From NCBI GenBank assembly GCA_046733475.1, contig JBKPPF010000018.1, positions 4,138 to 68,137 on the forward strand: 64,000 bases of DNA. Reading direction: 5' to 3'. The translations under genes and the position numbers were made by a program. This document shows positions 45,066 through 52,957 of the stretch, in pieces; within the stretch, counting starts at the first letter, position 1; each line of letters starts with the position of its first letter. This DNA is from Actinomycetota bacterium (lineage in GTDB: Bacteria > Actinomycetota > Thermoleophilia > Gaiellales > Gaiellaceae). Under the pieces are notes generated by a model, which worked only from the letters and a program-made list of their open reading frames with translations, made no database searches and was not told the origin of the DNA.

Positions 45066-46870
45066 CTCTCCTTCTCGCGCTGGCGGCCCTGGCCGTTCCG
45101 GCCACTGCCGCCGCCGTCCAGAAGGCGCCGGTTTACGACTCGCACGGCAATCTCATCGGGACGCCGTTCGTCCCACAGGACGAGCCCCGCCCGGCCGAGC
45201 TGACCGACAAGGACGCGATCGCCGCTGTCCTCGCCTTTCCGAAGGTCGCCGACTGGGTCGATCGCTATCCCGCCGGCGGGCTGACGAAACAGGCGACCCT
45301 CGACGAGGACGCCGGTACCTGGTCGGTGAAGGTCTGGTCCGACCTCCCCGACGCCGGCCAGATCGTCGACGCCAAGGTCGACGACCAGACCGCCGAGGTC
45401 ACCGAGGCGTGGACCGGGCCGCAGGTCGCGTGGAAGATGGCCCGCGGGTACGACGGCGCCTTCGGCCGAGGGATCAACCGGCTGTGGGTCTGGCTCACGT
45501 TCTGCGTCGTCTTCCTCGTCGGGTTGGCCGACTTCCGGCGCATCGCTTCTGTGCGGAACCTCGACCTGCTCGTCCTACTCTCCTTCTCGGCTTCTCTCTA
45601 CTTCTTCAACATCGGCGACGTCTTCACGGCGATGCCGCTCGTCTACCCGGCGCTCGCATACCTCCTCGGGCGGATGATCTGGATCGGCGCGCGTGGACGG
45701 GGCGGGTCGTCGCGCCCGGTCTGGCCGGTGTGGGCGCTGCTCGCAGCCACGGTCTTCCTGATGGGCTTCCGCACCACGCTGAATGTCGTGGATTCGAACG
45801 TGATCGACGTCGGCCTCGCGGGGATCGACGGCGGCCAGCGCATCGTCCAGGGTGAGATGCCGTACGGCCACATGCCGACCGACGACGGCGAGACCTGCGG
45901 GCTCCCGGACGCCGACGGCTACGTCCGCGAGCGTGTCCAGACGAACGGGCGCTGCGAGTCGGCGAACGAGCGCGGCGACACGTACGGACCGGTCAGCTAT
46001 CTCGGCTACGTCCCGGCCTACCTCGCAGTCGGTTTCAGCGGGAAGTGGAACGGCGGCTCGAGCACGTGGGCCGGCCTGCCGGCCGCGCACCTGACCTCGC
46101 TGCTCTGGGATCTCCTAGCGCTGGTCGGGATGGGCGTGCTCGGCCTTCGCCTCGGCGGGCGGATGCTCGGGGCGACGCTCGCGTTCGCGTGGGCTGCTTA
46201 CCCCTTCACGCAGTACGTCTCGAGCTCGAACTCGAACGACGCGATCATGCCTGCGCTTCTCGTCTGGGGCCTCGTCTTTCTCACCTCGCCCCCGGCGCGT
46301 GGGCTCTTCCTCGCGCTCGGCGCGTGGACGAAGTTCGCCGCGCTCCTCCTTCTCCCCCTCTGGGCTTCGTATCCGGACTGGCGCGGTGCCGTACGGAGCA
46401 AGGTCACGTACCTCCTCGGCTTCGTGCTCGGCACCGCAATCGGGTTCTGGATTCTCTTCCTCGAGCCCGATCCGCTCCACGCCGCGCGCGTCTTCTGGGA
46501 CCGGACGTTCGGCTGGCAGCTCTCGCGCTCGTCCCCGTTCTCGATCTGGGACTGGGACCAGTACCCGGGGTACCCGAACCTCCATCACGTCCAGACCGGG
46601 CTCAAGGTCGTTCTCCTCTTCGGCGCGCTTGCGGTCTACTTCGTGCCGCGCGTGAAGAACGAGCTTCAGATCGCCGCTCTGTCGGCCGCGCTTCTGATCG
46701 GCTTCGAGGCGGTGCTGACGCACTGGTTCTACCTCTACATCCCGTGGTTCTTCCCCTTCGTCGCCTTCGCCCTCTTCGCGCCGGCCCTCCTGCCGGTCCG
46801 TGCGGCGGAGCCGGCCGAGCCGCCCCCCGAGCTTGAGCACGAGCCGAGAGCACTCGTTCCCACGAGCTGA
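45011..46870 (+). CDS. large polytopic GT-C-type membrane protein (DUF2029-like) with an N-terminal extracytoplasmic domain
   Basis: Signal-anchor VALLLALAALAVPATAAA, a soluble segment of about 110 aa, then more than 10 hydrophobic helices. Start uncertain (GTG 45011; ORF track start 44834). Confidence 0.65.
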   Translation: MELRREQALELPTPAGRVALLLALAALAVPATAAAVQKAPVYDSHGNLIGTPFVPQDEPRPAELTDKDAIAAVLAFPKVADWVDRYPAGGLTKQATLDEDAGTWSVKVWSDLPDAGQIVDAKVDDQTAEVTEAWTGPQVAWKMARGYDGAFGRGINRLWVWLTFCVVFLVGLADFRRIASVRNLDLLVLLSFSASLYFFNIGDVFTAMPLVYPALAYLLGRMIWIGARGRGGSSRPVWPVWALLAATVFLMGFRTTLNVVDSNVIDVGLAGIDGGQRIVQGEMPYGHMPTDDGETCGLPDADGYVRERVQTNGRCESANERGDTYGPVSYLGYVPAYLAVGFSGKWNGGSSTWAGLPAAHLTSLLWDLLALVGMGVLGLRLGGRMLGATLAFAWAAYPFTQYVSSSNSNDAIMPALLVWGLVFLTSPPARGLFLALGAWTKFAALLLLPLWASYPDWRGAVRSKVTYLLGFVLGTAIGFWILFLEPDPLHAARVFWDRTFGWQLSRSSPFSIWDWDQYPGYPNLHHVQTGLKVVLLFGALAVYFVPRVKNELQIAALSAALLIGFEAVLTHWFYLYIPWFFPFVAFALFAPALLPVRAAEPAEPPPELEHEPRALVPTS

Positions 46871-48071
46871 GTCGAACCGCGTCGGGCAGGCGGTCGCGCT
46901 CGGGATCGTGCTCCTGACGATCTCGTGGGCGCTCCTGCACACCGGCTTCTGGAGCCGGACGCAAATCATCGACACGCCGGTGTACGAGCGCTACGGCGAG
47001 GCGATCCTCGCCGGCCAGGTCCCCTACCGGGACTTCGACCTCGAGTATCCGCCGGCTGCGCTCCCGGCTTTCGTCCTTCCGGCGCTCGCGCAGGAGGATG
47101 ACTACGGCTCCGTCTTCGAGGTGCTGATGTGGGCCTGCGCGGTCGGGGCCGTCGTGGCTCTCGGCCTCGCACTTGCGGTGGTCGAGGCGGGCACGGGGCG
47201 GCTCTACTCGGCTACGTGCTTCCTCGCGCTCGCGCCCCTCGCCCTCGGGACGGTGGTCCTGTCGCGGTACGACCTCTGGCCGGCAGCCCTCACGATCGCG
47301 GCCCTCGCGGCATTCGTCGGGAGGCGGGAACGGGTCGGCTTCGGCGTGCTCGGGCTCGCGGTCGCGGCCAAGATCTATCCGCTGGTGCTCCTCCCGATCG
47401 TGCTCGTGTGGGTGGGGAAGCGGCGTGGGACGCGCGAGCTCTGGATCGGGGTCGGTTGCTTCGCCGCTGTGCTCGCCGCGTGCTTCGTCCCGTTTCTGAT
47501 CCTCTCTCCCGGCGGGGTCGCGCACAGCATCGGCACGCAGCTCGGGCGGCCCCTGCAGCTCGAGAGCCTGGGCGCTTCGGTCCTCCTCGCGGCCAAGCAG
47601 CTCGGCATCTACGACGCGACGGTGACGAACTCGCACGGCTCGCAAAACCTCACCGGCTCGCTGCCCGAAACGATCGCCTCTCTCCTGACCGCGTTCCAGT
47701 TCGTCGCAGTCGGGCTCGTCTGGGCGCTCTTCGCCGCGCGCGACCGGGGACGGGAGGGCCTGCTCACCGCGGGGGCCGCCTCGGTCGCCGCCTTCGTCGC
47801 GTTCGGGAAGGTGCTCTCGCCGCAATTTTTGATCTGGCTTCTCCCGCTCGTCCCGGCGGTGGCCGGCGCGGGCGGGCTGGCGGCGTGCGCGGTGCTCTTC
47901 GGCTCCCTCGTCACCACGCAGCTGTGGTTCCCGTTCCGCTACTGGGACGTCGTTGCGCTCGAGCCGGTCGGGTGGCTCGTCCTCGTCCGCGACCTCCTAC
48001 TCGTTGCGCTCTACGCGATCCTCTTGGTCGTGCTCAGTCGACAGGGACGCGGAGCGGCTCGCATCGCGTAG
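46800..48071 (+). CDS. DUF2029/GT87-like polytopic glycosyltransferase
   Basis: VPYRDFDLEYPPAAL motif and about 10 helices. Start uncertain (GTG 46800 or TTG 46833). Confidence 0.65.
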   Translation: MRRSRPSRPPSLSTSREHSFPRAESNRVGQAVALGIVLLTISWALLHTGFWSRTQIIDTPVYERYGEAILAGQVPYRDFDLEYPPAALPAFVLPALAQEDDYGSVFEVLMWACAVGAVVALGLALAVVEAGTGRLYSATCFLALAPLALGTVVLSRYDLWPAALTIAALAAFVGRRERVGFGVLGLAVAAKIYPLVLLPIVLVWVGKRRGTRELWIGVGCFAAVLAACFVPFLILSPGGVAHSIGTQLGRPLQLESLGASVLLAAKQLGIYDATVTNSHGSQNLTGSLPETIASLLTAFQFVAVGLVWALFAARDRGREGLLTAGAASVAAFVAFGKVLSPQFLIWLLPLVPAVAGAGGLAACAVLFGSLVTTQLWFPFRYWDVVALEPVGWLVLVRDLLLVALYAILLVVLSRQGRGAARIA

Positions 48072-48807
48072 CCCGGCCCTCGGCGTCGCACTCGACGACG
48101 GCGCCCTCGATGCGCACGCCGCCGTCGGCGGGATGGAAGCGCACCGGCATAGAAGTGCGCATCCGTTCGATCGCGAGGTCGGCGCGAACGCCGATGACGG
48201 AGTCGTGCGGTCCGGTCATGCCCGCGTCCGTGATCGCGGCGGTGCCTCCCGGCTGCACGCGCGCGTCGTTTGTCTGCACGTGCGTGTGCGTGCCGATCAC
48301 CGCCGTTACGCGACCGTCGAGCATGCGGGCGAGCGCGACCTTCTCGCTCGTCGCCTCGGCGTGGAAGTCCACGACCACGATTTTGGCCTGGCGCCGAGCT
48401 TCCTCGACGAGATCGTCGACGATGAGAAACGGGCTCCTCGGCGGCGAGAGAAAGAGGGCGCCCTGGAGGTTGACCACCGCGACGGGCGTGCAGTCGGCCG
48501 CCGGCTGAACGGTGAGGCCCCGTCCTGGCCCGCCGAGGTTCTCCGGGCGGATGACGGGCCCCTCTCGCTCGAGCACCGGGATGATGTCCTTCTGGCGCCA
48601 GACGTGGTTGCCGAGCGTGATGACGTCGGCGCCCGCGGCCAGGATCTTGTCGGCGAGCTTCGCGGTGATCCCCACGCCGTCGGCCGCGTTCTCGCCGTTC
48701 ACGATGCAGAAGCCGGCGCCGAGCTCCTCCTTGAGCGAATGCAGCCGAGTCTCGAGCGCTCGCCGGCCCGGCGGGCCGAAGACGTCTGCGATGAAGAGGA
48801 TGACCAG
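48034..48807 (-). CDS. YmdB-like metallophosphoesterase (2',3'-cyclic-nucleotide phosphodiesterase family)
   Basis: (L)VILFIADVFGPPGRRAL, NGENAADG, GNHVW and GTHTHVQTND. The conserved N-terminus extends upstream of the listed start to a CTG (48805-48807) that directly follows an in-frame TAG. Confidence 0.8.
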   Translation of the reverse strand: MVILFIADVFGPPGRRALETRLHSLKEELGAGFCIVNGENAADGVGITAKLADKILAAGADVITLGNHVWRQKDIIPVLEREGPVIRPENLGGPGRGLTVQPAADCTPVAVVNLQGALFLSPPRSPFLIVDDLVEEARRQAKIVVVDFHAEATSEKVALARMLDGRVTAVIGTHTHVQTNDARVQPGGTAAITDAGMTGPHDSVIGVRADLAIERMRTSMPVRFHPADGGVRIEGAVVECDAEGRATRCEPLRVPVD

Positions 48808-48809
48808 CT

Positions 48810-48913
48810 AGTGCCTCTTCGAGTGCTGCCGCGCTTCTGGATTGCGAGCACCGAGCAAGAGGCGATGCGTGATCGCGGGCCAGCAGCAGGCGTGTATTGC
48901 TTGGAGAGGCACT
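48810..48913 (-). promoter_or_regulatory. leader region of the ymdB-like gene, closed by a 9-bp long-range inverted repeat
   Basis: AGTGCCTCT (48810-48818) and AGAGGCACT (48905-48913) are perfect reverse complements. The 3' arm in the RNA abuts the start codon. Confidence 0.35.
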
Positions 48914-48918
48914 CGGCT

Positions 48919-49899
48919 CTACGGAGTGGCGAGCGAGCCGGCCGCGTGCACTTCGACATGGACGTGCTGGCCCCGGTCCTGCGTGTAGCGGGCGAGCGCG
49001 GCCTGCTCGACCGAGGAGAGGTCGATGATCTGGCCGATCTTCGTCCGCCCCGCGGAAACGGTCATCCCGACGGTTAGCGCCGGGTCCGGCCGGAGATTGG
49101 TCAGCGTGACGACGACCCCCGGGTTGCCCGACGGCTGGATGTCGATTCGGACGCCGTACGGCTTCCCGTTGACGATCTGGTCCGAGACGGCCATGACGCT
49201 CCCGTCCACCGGCGCGTAGACGTCCGTATTGGTCGGCGCGCCGATGTCGAGACCGCCTGTCTCCGGGCCTACGCCGCCGCTGATCTGGTAGTAGCGGATG
49301 CCCGAGCTCGAGCCGCCGAAGAAGCGGGTGACCATCCGCTTCAGGAGGCCGGCGTTCGCCTGCGTCCCGATCGGGTCGAGTGGGAGGGCGCTCGTGCCCG
49401 AGGAGTGGTAGCCGATTGCGGTCACCCGGCTCTGGTTGATCGGGAGCTGGAGGCGGAGGGTGTCCTGCAGGGCGATGATCTGCGCCCGCGGCGGGCCCGC
49501 AGGCAGGAGCCGCGCGGTCGGCGCCGGGCCGGTGTTGGTGACCTCTGCGGTCTTGCCCGAGCCAAATGCCGTGAGCATGAGCACGACGAAGCAGACGCAT
49601 GCCACGACCGCCAATGCGGCCGTGCGTCGCGCTCTGCGAACCTTCGCGCGCATTGCCTGACGTTCGGCGGCGCGGTAGGCAAGCCCGGGAGCCTGGGGCT
49701 GGGCCATCCGCGGCACGCTAGCGGAGGTGCCCACTGCTTTCAAACGGATACCGCGGTCCTCGTCGGGCTTCGGCAGGAGGGCGAGGGAGCCGTCCGTCTC
49801 GAAGGACCAGTCCCAGGGTGGAGGGCGGAGCTCGACCACATTCCCGCGATTTGCAGGGCTTTCAACGACCTGGTCGTAGGGAACGGGCGCTCTGGGCAT
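48919..49899 (-). CDS. membrane-anchored M23/LytM-domain protein with degenerate active-site motifs
   Basis: Cytoplasmic N-terminus, TM helix AALAVVACVCFVVLMLTAF, and a C-terminal LytM-like domain. GGLDIGAP replaces HxGxD, LTNL replaces xxHL, and the HxH motif is retained (QHVHVEV). Confidence 0.7.
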   Translation of the reverse strand: MPRAPVPYDQVVESPANRGNVVELRPPPWDWSFETDGSLALLPKPDEDRGIRLKAVGTSASVPRMAQPQAPGLAYRAAERQAMRAKVRRARRTAALAVVACVCFVVLMLTAFGSGKTAEVTNTGPAPTARLLPAGPPRAQIIALQDTLRLQLPINQSRVTAIGYHSSGTSALPLDPIGTQANAGLLKRMVTRFFGGSSSGIRYYQISGGVGPETGGLDIGAPTNTDVYAPVDGSVMAVSDQIVNGKPYGVRIDIQPSGNPGVVVTLTNLRPDPALTVGMTVSAGRTKIGQIIDLSSVEQAALARYTQDRGQHVHVEVHAAGSLATP

Positions 49900-49911
49900 G
49901 GTGAGCTAGCC

Positions 49912-50637
49912 TTGCGGCGTGGTAGCCGTCCTTCGCTCTCACCCTGCCAGGGGCGTCGGACGCTGAGGGCGCCGCTCCTCAGGGCAAACGGGGTCTCGCG
50001 GAGGTACGGGCGCATCGTCGCGCTCGCCGCCACGAGCCTCGAGGTGCACCCGGAAGACGCCCTCGCGCTCATCGGGCCGAACGGCGCCGGCAAGTCCACG
50101 CTGCTCTCGATCCTCGCGGGCGCGCTCGACCCGAGCGACGGCTTCGTGGCCGCCGCGTCTGCGGACGATCGCGGCCCCAAGGTCGGCTGGGTCCCGCAGA
50201 AGCCGGCGCACTACCAGCGTCTCTCGCCGCGCGAGAATCTCGAGCTCTTCGCCCGGCTCGAAGGAGTCTCCGAGGCGAAGGCCGTCGCGGACCGCTACAT
50301 CCGCCTCCTCGACCTCCCGGACGACGGCCGCCTGACCGCCGAGCTCTCGGCCGGGAATCAGCAGCGCCTGAATGTCGCGGTCGCACTGCTCGTCGGCCCC
50401 GAGATCCTGCTCCTCGACGAGCCGACCGCGTCACTCGATCCGCGCCAGCGGCGCCTCCTCTGGCAGGTGGCCGCCCAGGTCCGCCAGCGGCAGGGCGCCG
50501 TCGTCTTCGCGACGCAGAACCTCGAGGAGCTCGAGCGGTTCGCCACCCGGGTCGCCGTCCTCGTCGGAGGCGAGCTCGTCTTCGACGGCAGCCTCGAGCA
50601 GTTCAAGGCTTCTCCCGAAGCGGACGTCTTCGCGTGA
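49912..50637 (+). CDS. ABC transporter ATP-binding protein
   Basis: GPNGAGKST, LSAGNQQRL and LLLDEP. Start uncertain: TTG 49912 or CTG 49963; there is no ATG or GTG in the right place. Confidence 0.8.
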   Translation: MRRGSRPSLSPCQGRRTLRAPLLRANGVSRRYGRIVALAATSLEVHPEDALALIGPNGAGKSTLLSILAGALDPSDGFVAAASADDRGPKVGWVPQKPAHYQRLSPRENLELFARLEGVSEAKAVADRYIRLLDLPDDGRLTAELSAGNQQRLNVAVALLVGPEILLLDEPTASLDPRQRRLLWQVAAQVRQRQGAVVFATQNLEELERFATRVAVLVGGELVFDGSLEQFKASPEADVFA

Positions 50638-51983
50638 GAAAGGTCAGCCTTCTCCTCAAGAAAGACCTCCGGATCCTCGGCCGCTCGCCGGTCCTCGTCG
50701 CCGCGCTGATCCTCTATCCGCTCGCCTTCGCCGCGCTCGTCGGGGCCGTCGTCCGGTACGCGGGAGACCGACCGACGATCGCCTTCGTCGATCTCGACCA
50801 CCTTCCCGAAGAGCTCACCGTCGGAGGCCAGACGTTCAACGTGCCCGAGGTCATCGACCAGGTGAACGAGAACGCCGAGCTCGTCCCGATGGACCAGGAA
50901 GAGGCCGACCGCAAGCTGGCGAACGGCGAGGTGAACGCGGAGATCATCGTGCCGCGCGGGTTCGCCTCGCGGCTCCGTGGGATGGTGGAGAGCCCGCAGC
51001 TCGAGCTGAAGACCGCGCGCGGCGGGATCGCGACCCGGGTCGAGCAGCAGACCCAGGCCCTCGTCTACGAGCTGAACCAGCAGCTGCAGGACGCCTATAT
51101 CGACGCGAACCTCCGGTACGTGAAGCTGATCATGGAGGGCGGCACCGACACCTTCCTCGGTAACGAGTTCGACGTGGTCGGGCTCCAGCGGGCGGGCGAG
51201 CTCCTGACCGAGATCGAGCAGACGACGAAAGAACCCGCGATCGGCGAGCGGGCCCGGGAGCTGTCCACCTTCGTCCAGCAGGCGCAGCTCGCCCTCGGCG
51301 CCTCGGACGAGTCGCTCCGTGCGACCGCCAACCCGATCAAGCTCGAGGTCGACACCGAGGCCGGGCGGTCGTGGCTCCTCTCCGCGCAGCTCCAGGCGTA
51401 CGCGCTCGCGCTGACGCTCGCGTTCATCTGCGTCCTTCTCGCCGCGGCGGCGATCGCGTCTGAGCGCGACGAGAACGTCATCGGCCGGCTGGCTCGCGGG
51501 CTCGTCGGCCTGACGAACCTCGTCGTCGTGAAGGTCGTGCTGGCTGCGTTCGTCGCGGTCGTGCTCGGGCTCGTGATCGCGCTGGTCTTCGGCCTGTTCG
51601 CGACCGTCTTCGACGTCACCGGCGGGGAGCCGTGGGAGCGGCTGCCGCTCCTCTGCCTCGGCCTCGTCATCGCGGGAGCCGCGTTCGGGGCGTTCGGCGT
51701 TCTCGTCGGCGTCGTCGCGCGGGAGGCGCGGACGGCGGTGCTCGTCGCCTTCCTCGTCGCGCTTCCGCTCGTCCTGCTCGGGCTGCTCCCGGAGGGAACC
51801 GTTGCGGTCGCGCACGTGATCTCGAAGGCGTTTCCGTTCTCGCACGCCGTCGACTTCTTCCAGTCCTCGCTCTACGACAACGACCCCTGGTCGACGCTTG
51901 CGCGCGAGGCCGCCTGGCTCGTCGGCCTCGCAGCCGCCTTCGGGGCCGCGGCCCGGCTTGGAATGCGAAGATTGTTGGCGTGA
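50634..51983 (+). CDS. ABC-2-type permease with a large extracytoplasmic loop after TM1
   Basis: TM1 SPVLVAALILYPLAFAALVGAVV, a soluble segment of about 230 aa with coiled-coil-like stretches, then five C-terminal helices. GTGA overlap with the ATPase gene. Confidence 0.78.
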   Translation: MRKVSLLLKKDLRILGRSPVLVAALILYPLAFAALVGAVVRYAGDRPTIAFVDLDHLPEELTVGGQTFNVPEVIDQVNENAELVPMDQEEADRKLANGEVNAEIIVPRGFASRLRGMVESPQLELKTARGGIATRVEQQTQALVYELNQQLQDAYIDANLRYVKLIMEGGTDTFLGNEFDVVGLQRAGELLTEIEQTTKEPAIGERARELSTFVQQAQLALGASDESLRATANPIKLEVDTEAGRSWLLSAQLQAYALALTLAFICVLLAAAAIASERDENVIGRLARGLVGLTNLVVVKVVLAAFVAVVLGLVIALVFGLFATVFDVTGGEPWERLPLLCLGLVIAGAAFGAFGVLVGVVAREARTAVLVAFLVALPLVLLGLLPEGTVAVAHVISKAFPFSHAVDFFQSSLYDNDPWSTLAREAAWLVGLAAAFGAAARLGMRRLLA

Positions 51984-52957
51984 GCGCCTTTCCGGCCACC
52001 CGCCTGCGACGTTTCCGGCGCACCGGCGCCCTCCGAGAGCTCGTCCGCGAGACGCGGCTCGACCTGCGCGACTTCGTCTATCCGCTCTTCGCCTGCCCGG
52101 GCTCCGGCGTCGAGAAGCCGCTCGACGGCCTGCCCGGACTCGCCCAGCGCTCGGTCGACCGCCTCGCCGACGAGGCCGAGGAGCTCTTTGGGCTCGGCAT
52201 CGGCGCCGTCCTCCTCTTCGGCATCCCGGAGGAGAAGGACGATGCGGCCTCGGGCGCCTACGACGAAGACGGCATCGTCCAGCAGGCGCTGCGCGCCCTC
52301 TCGGAGCGCACGCCCGAGATGGTGCTCCTCACCGATGTCTGTCTCTGCGAGTACACGTCTCACGGCCATTGCGGCGTCGTGGAGGGAGACGAGATCGTCA
52401 ACGACCTCTCGCTCGAGCTGCTCGCGAAGACCGCGGTCAGCCACGCCGACGCGGGCGCACATGCGGTCTGTCCGAGCGACATGATGGACGGACGGGTCGG
52501 CACGATCCGCGGCGGGCTCGACTCCGACGGCTTCGAGCACGTGCCCATCGTCTCCTATGCGGCCAAGGCCGCCTCTGCCTTCTACGGGCCCTTCCGCGAG
52601 GCGGCGGAGTCGACCCCGGCGTTCGGTGACCGGCGCAGCTACCAGATGGATCCCGCCAACGCCCGCGAAGCGCTCCGCGAATGCGAGCTCGACCTCCAAG
52701 AGGGCGCGGACGCCCTGATGATCAAGCCGGCGGTACCCTTCCTGGACGTCATTGCGGCGGCGAGGGCGCGCTTCGATGTGCCGATCTTCGCCTACAACGT
52801 CAGCGGCGAGTACGCGATGGTGAAGGCCGCCGCGGCGCGCGGCTGGCTCGACGAGCCCGCGGCCGCGATCGAGAGCCTGACGGCGATCAAGCGCGCGGGG
52901 GCAGACGTGATCGTCTCCTACTGGGCGAAGGAGCTGGCGGGCTGGCTGAGGTCCTGA
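51980..52957 (+). CDS. hemB: porphobilinogen synthase
   Basis: Zn-site DVCLCEYTSHGHCG, active-site MIKPA and FAYNVSGEYAM. The GTG start overlaps the permease stop (GTGA). Confidence 0.92.
   Translation: MSAFPATRLRRFRRTGALRELVRETRLDLRDFVYPLFACPGSGVEKPLDGLPGLAQRSVDRLADEAEELFGLGIGAVLLFGIPEEKDDAASGAYDEDGIVQQALRALSERTPEMVLLTDVCLCEYTSHGHCGVVEGDEIVNDLSLELLAKTAVSHADAGAHAVCPSDMMDGRVGTIRGGLDSDGFEHVPIVSYAAKAASAFYGPFREAAESTPAFGDRRSYQMDPANAREALRECELDLQEGADALMIKPAVPFLDVIAAARARFDVPIFAYNVSGEYAMVKAAAARGWLDEPAAAIESLTAIKRAGADVIVSYWAKELAGWLRS

Noticed and set aside
52681-52953. ATG 52681 as the hemL start (the start given in the ORF track).
   Set aside because: It would overlap hemB by 277 nt and add an Arg-rich N-terminal extension of about 90 aa that HemL proteins do not have.
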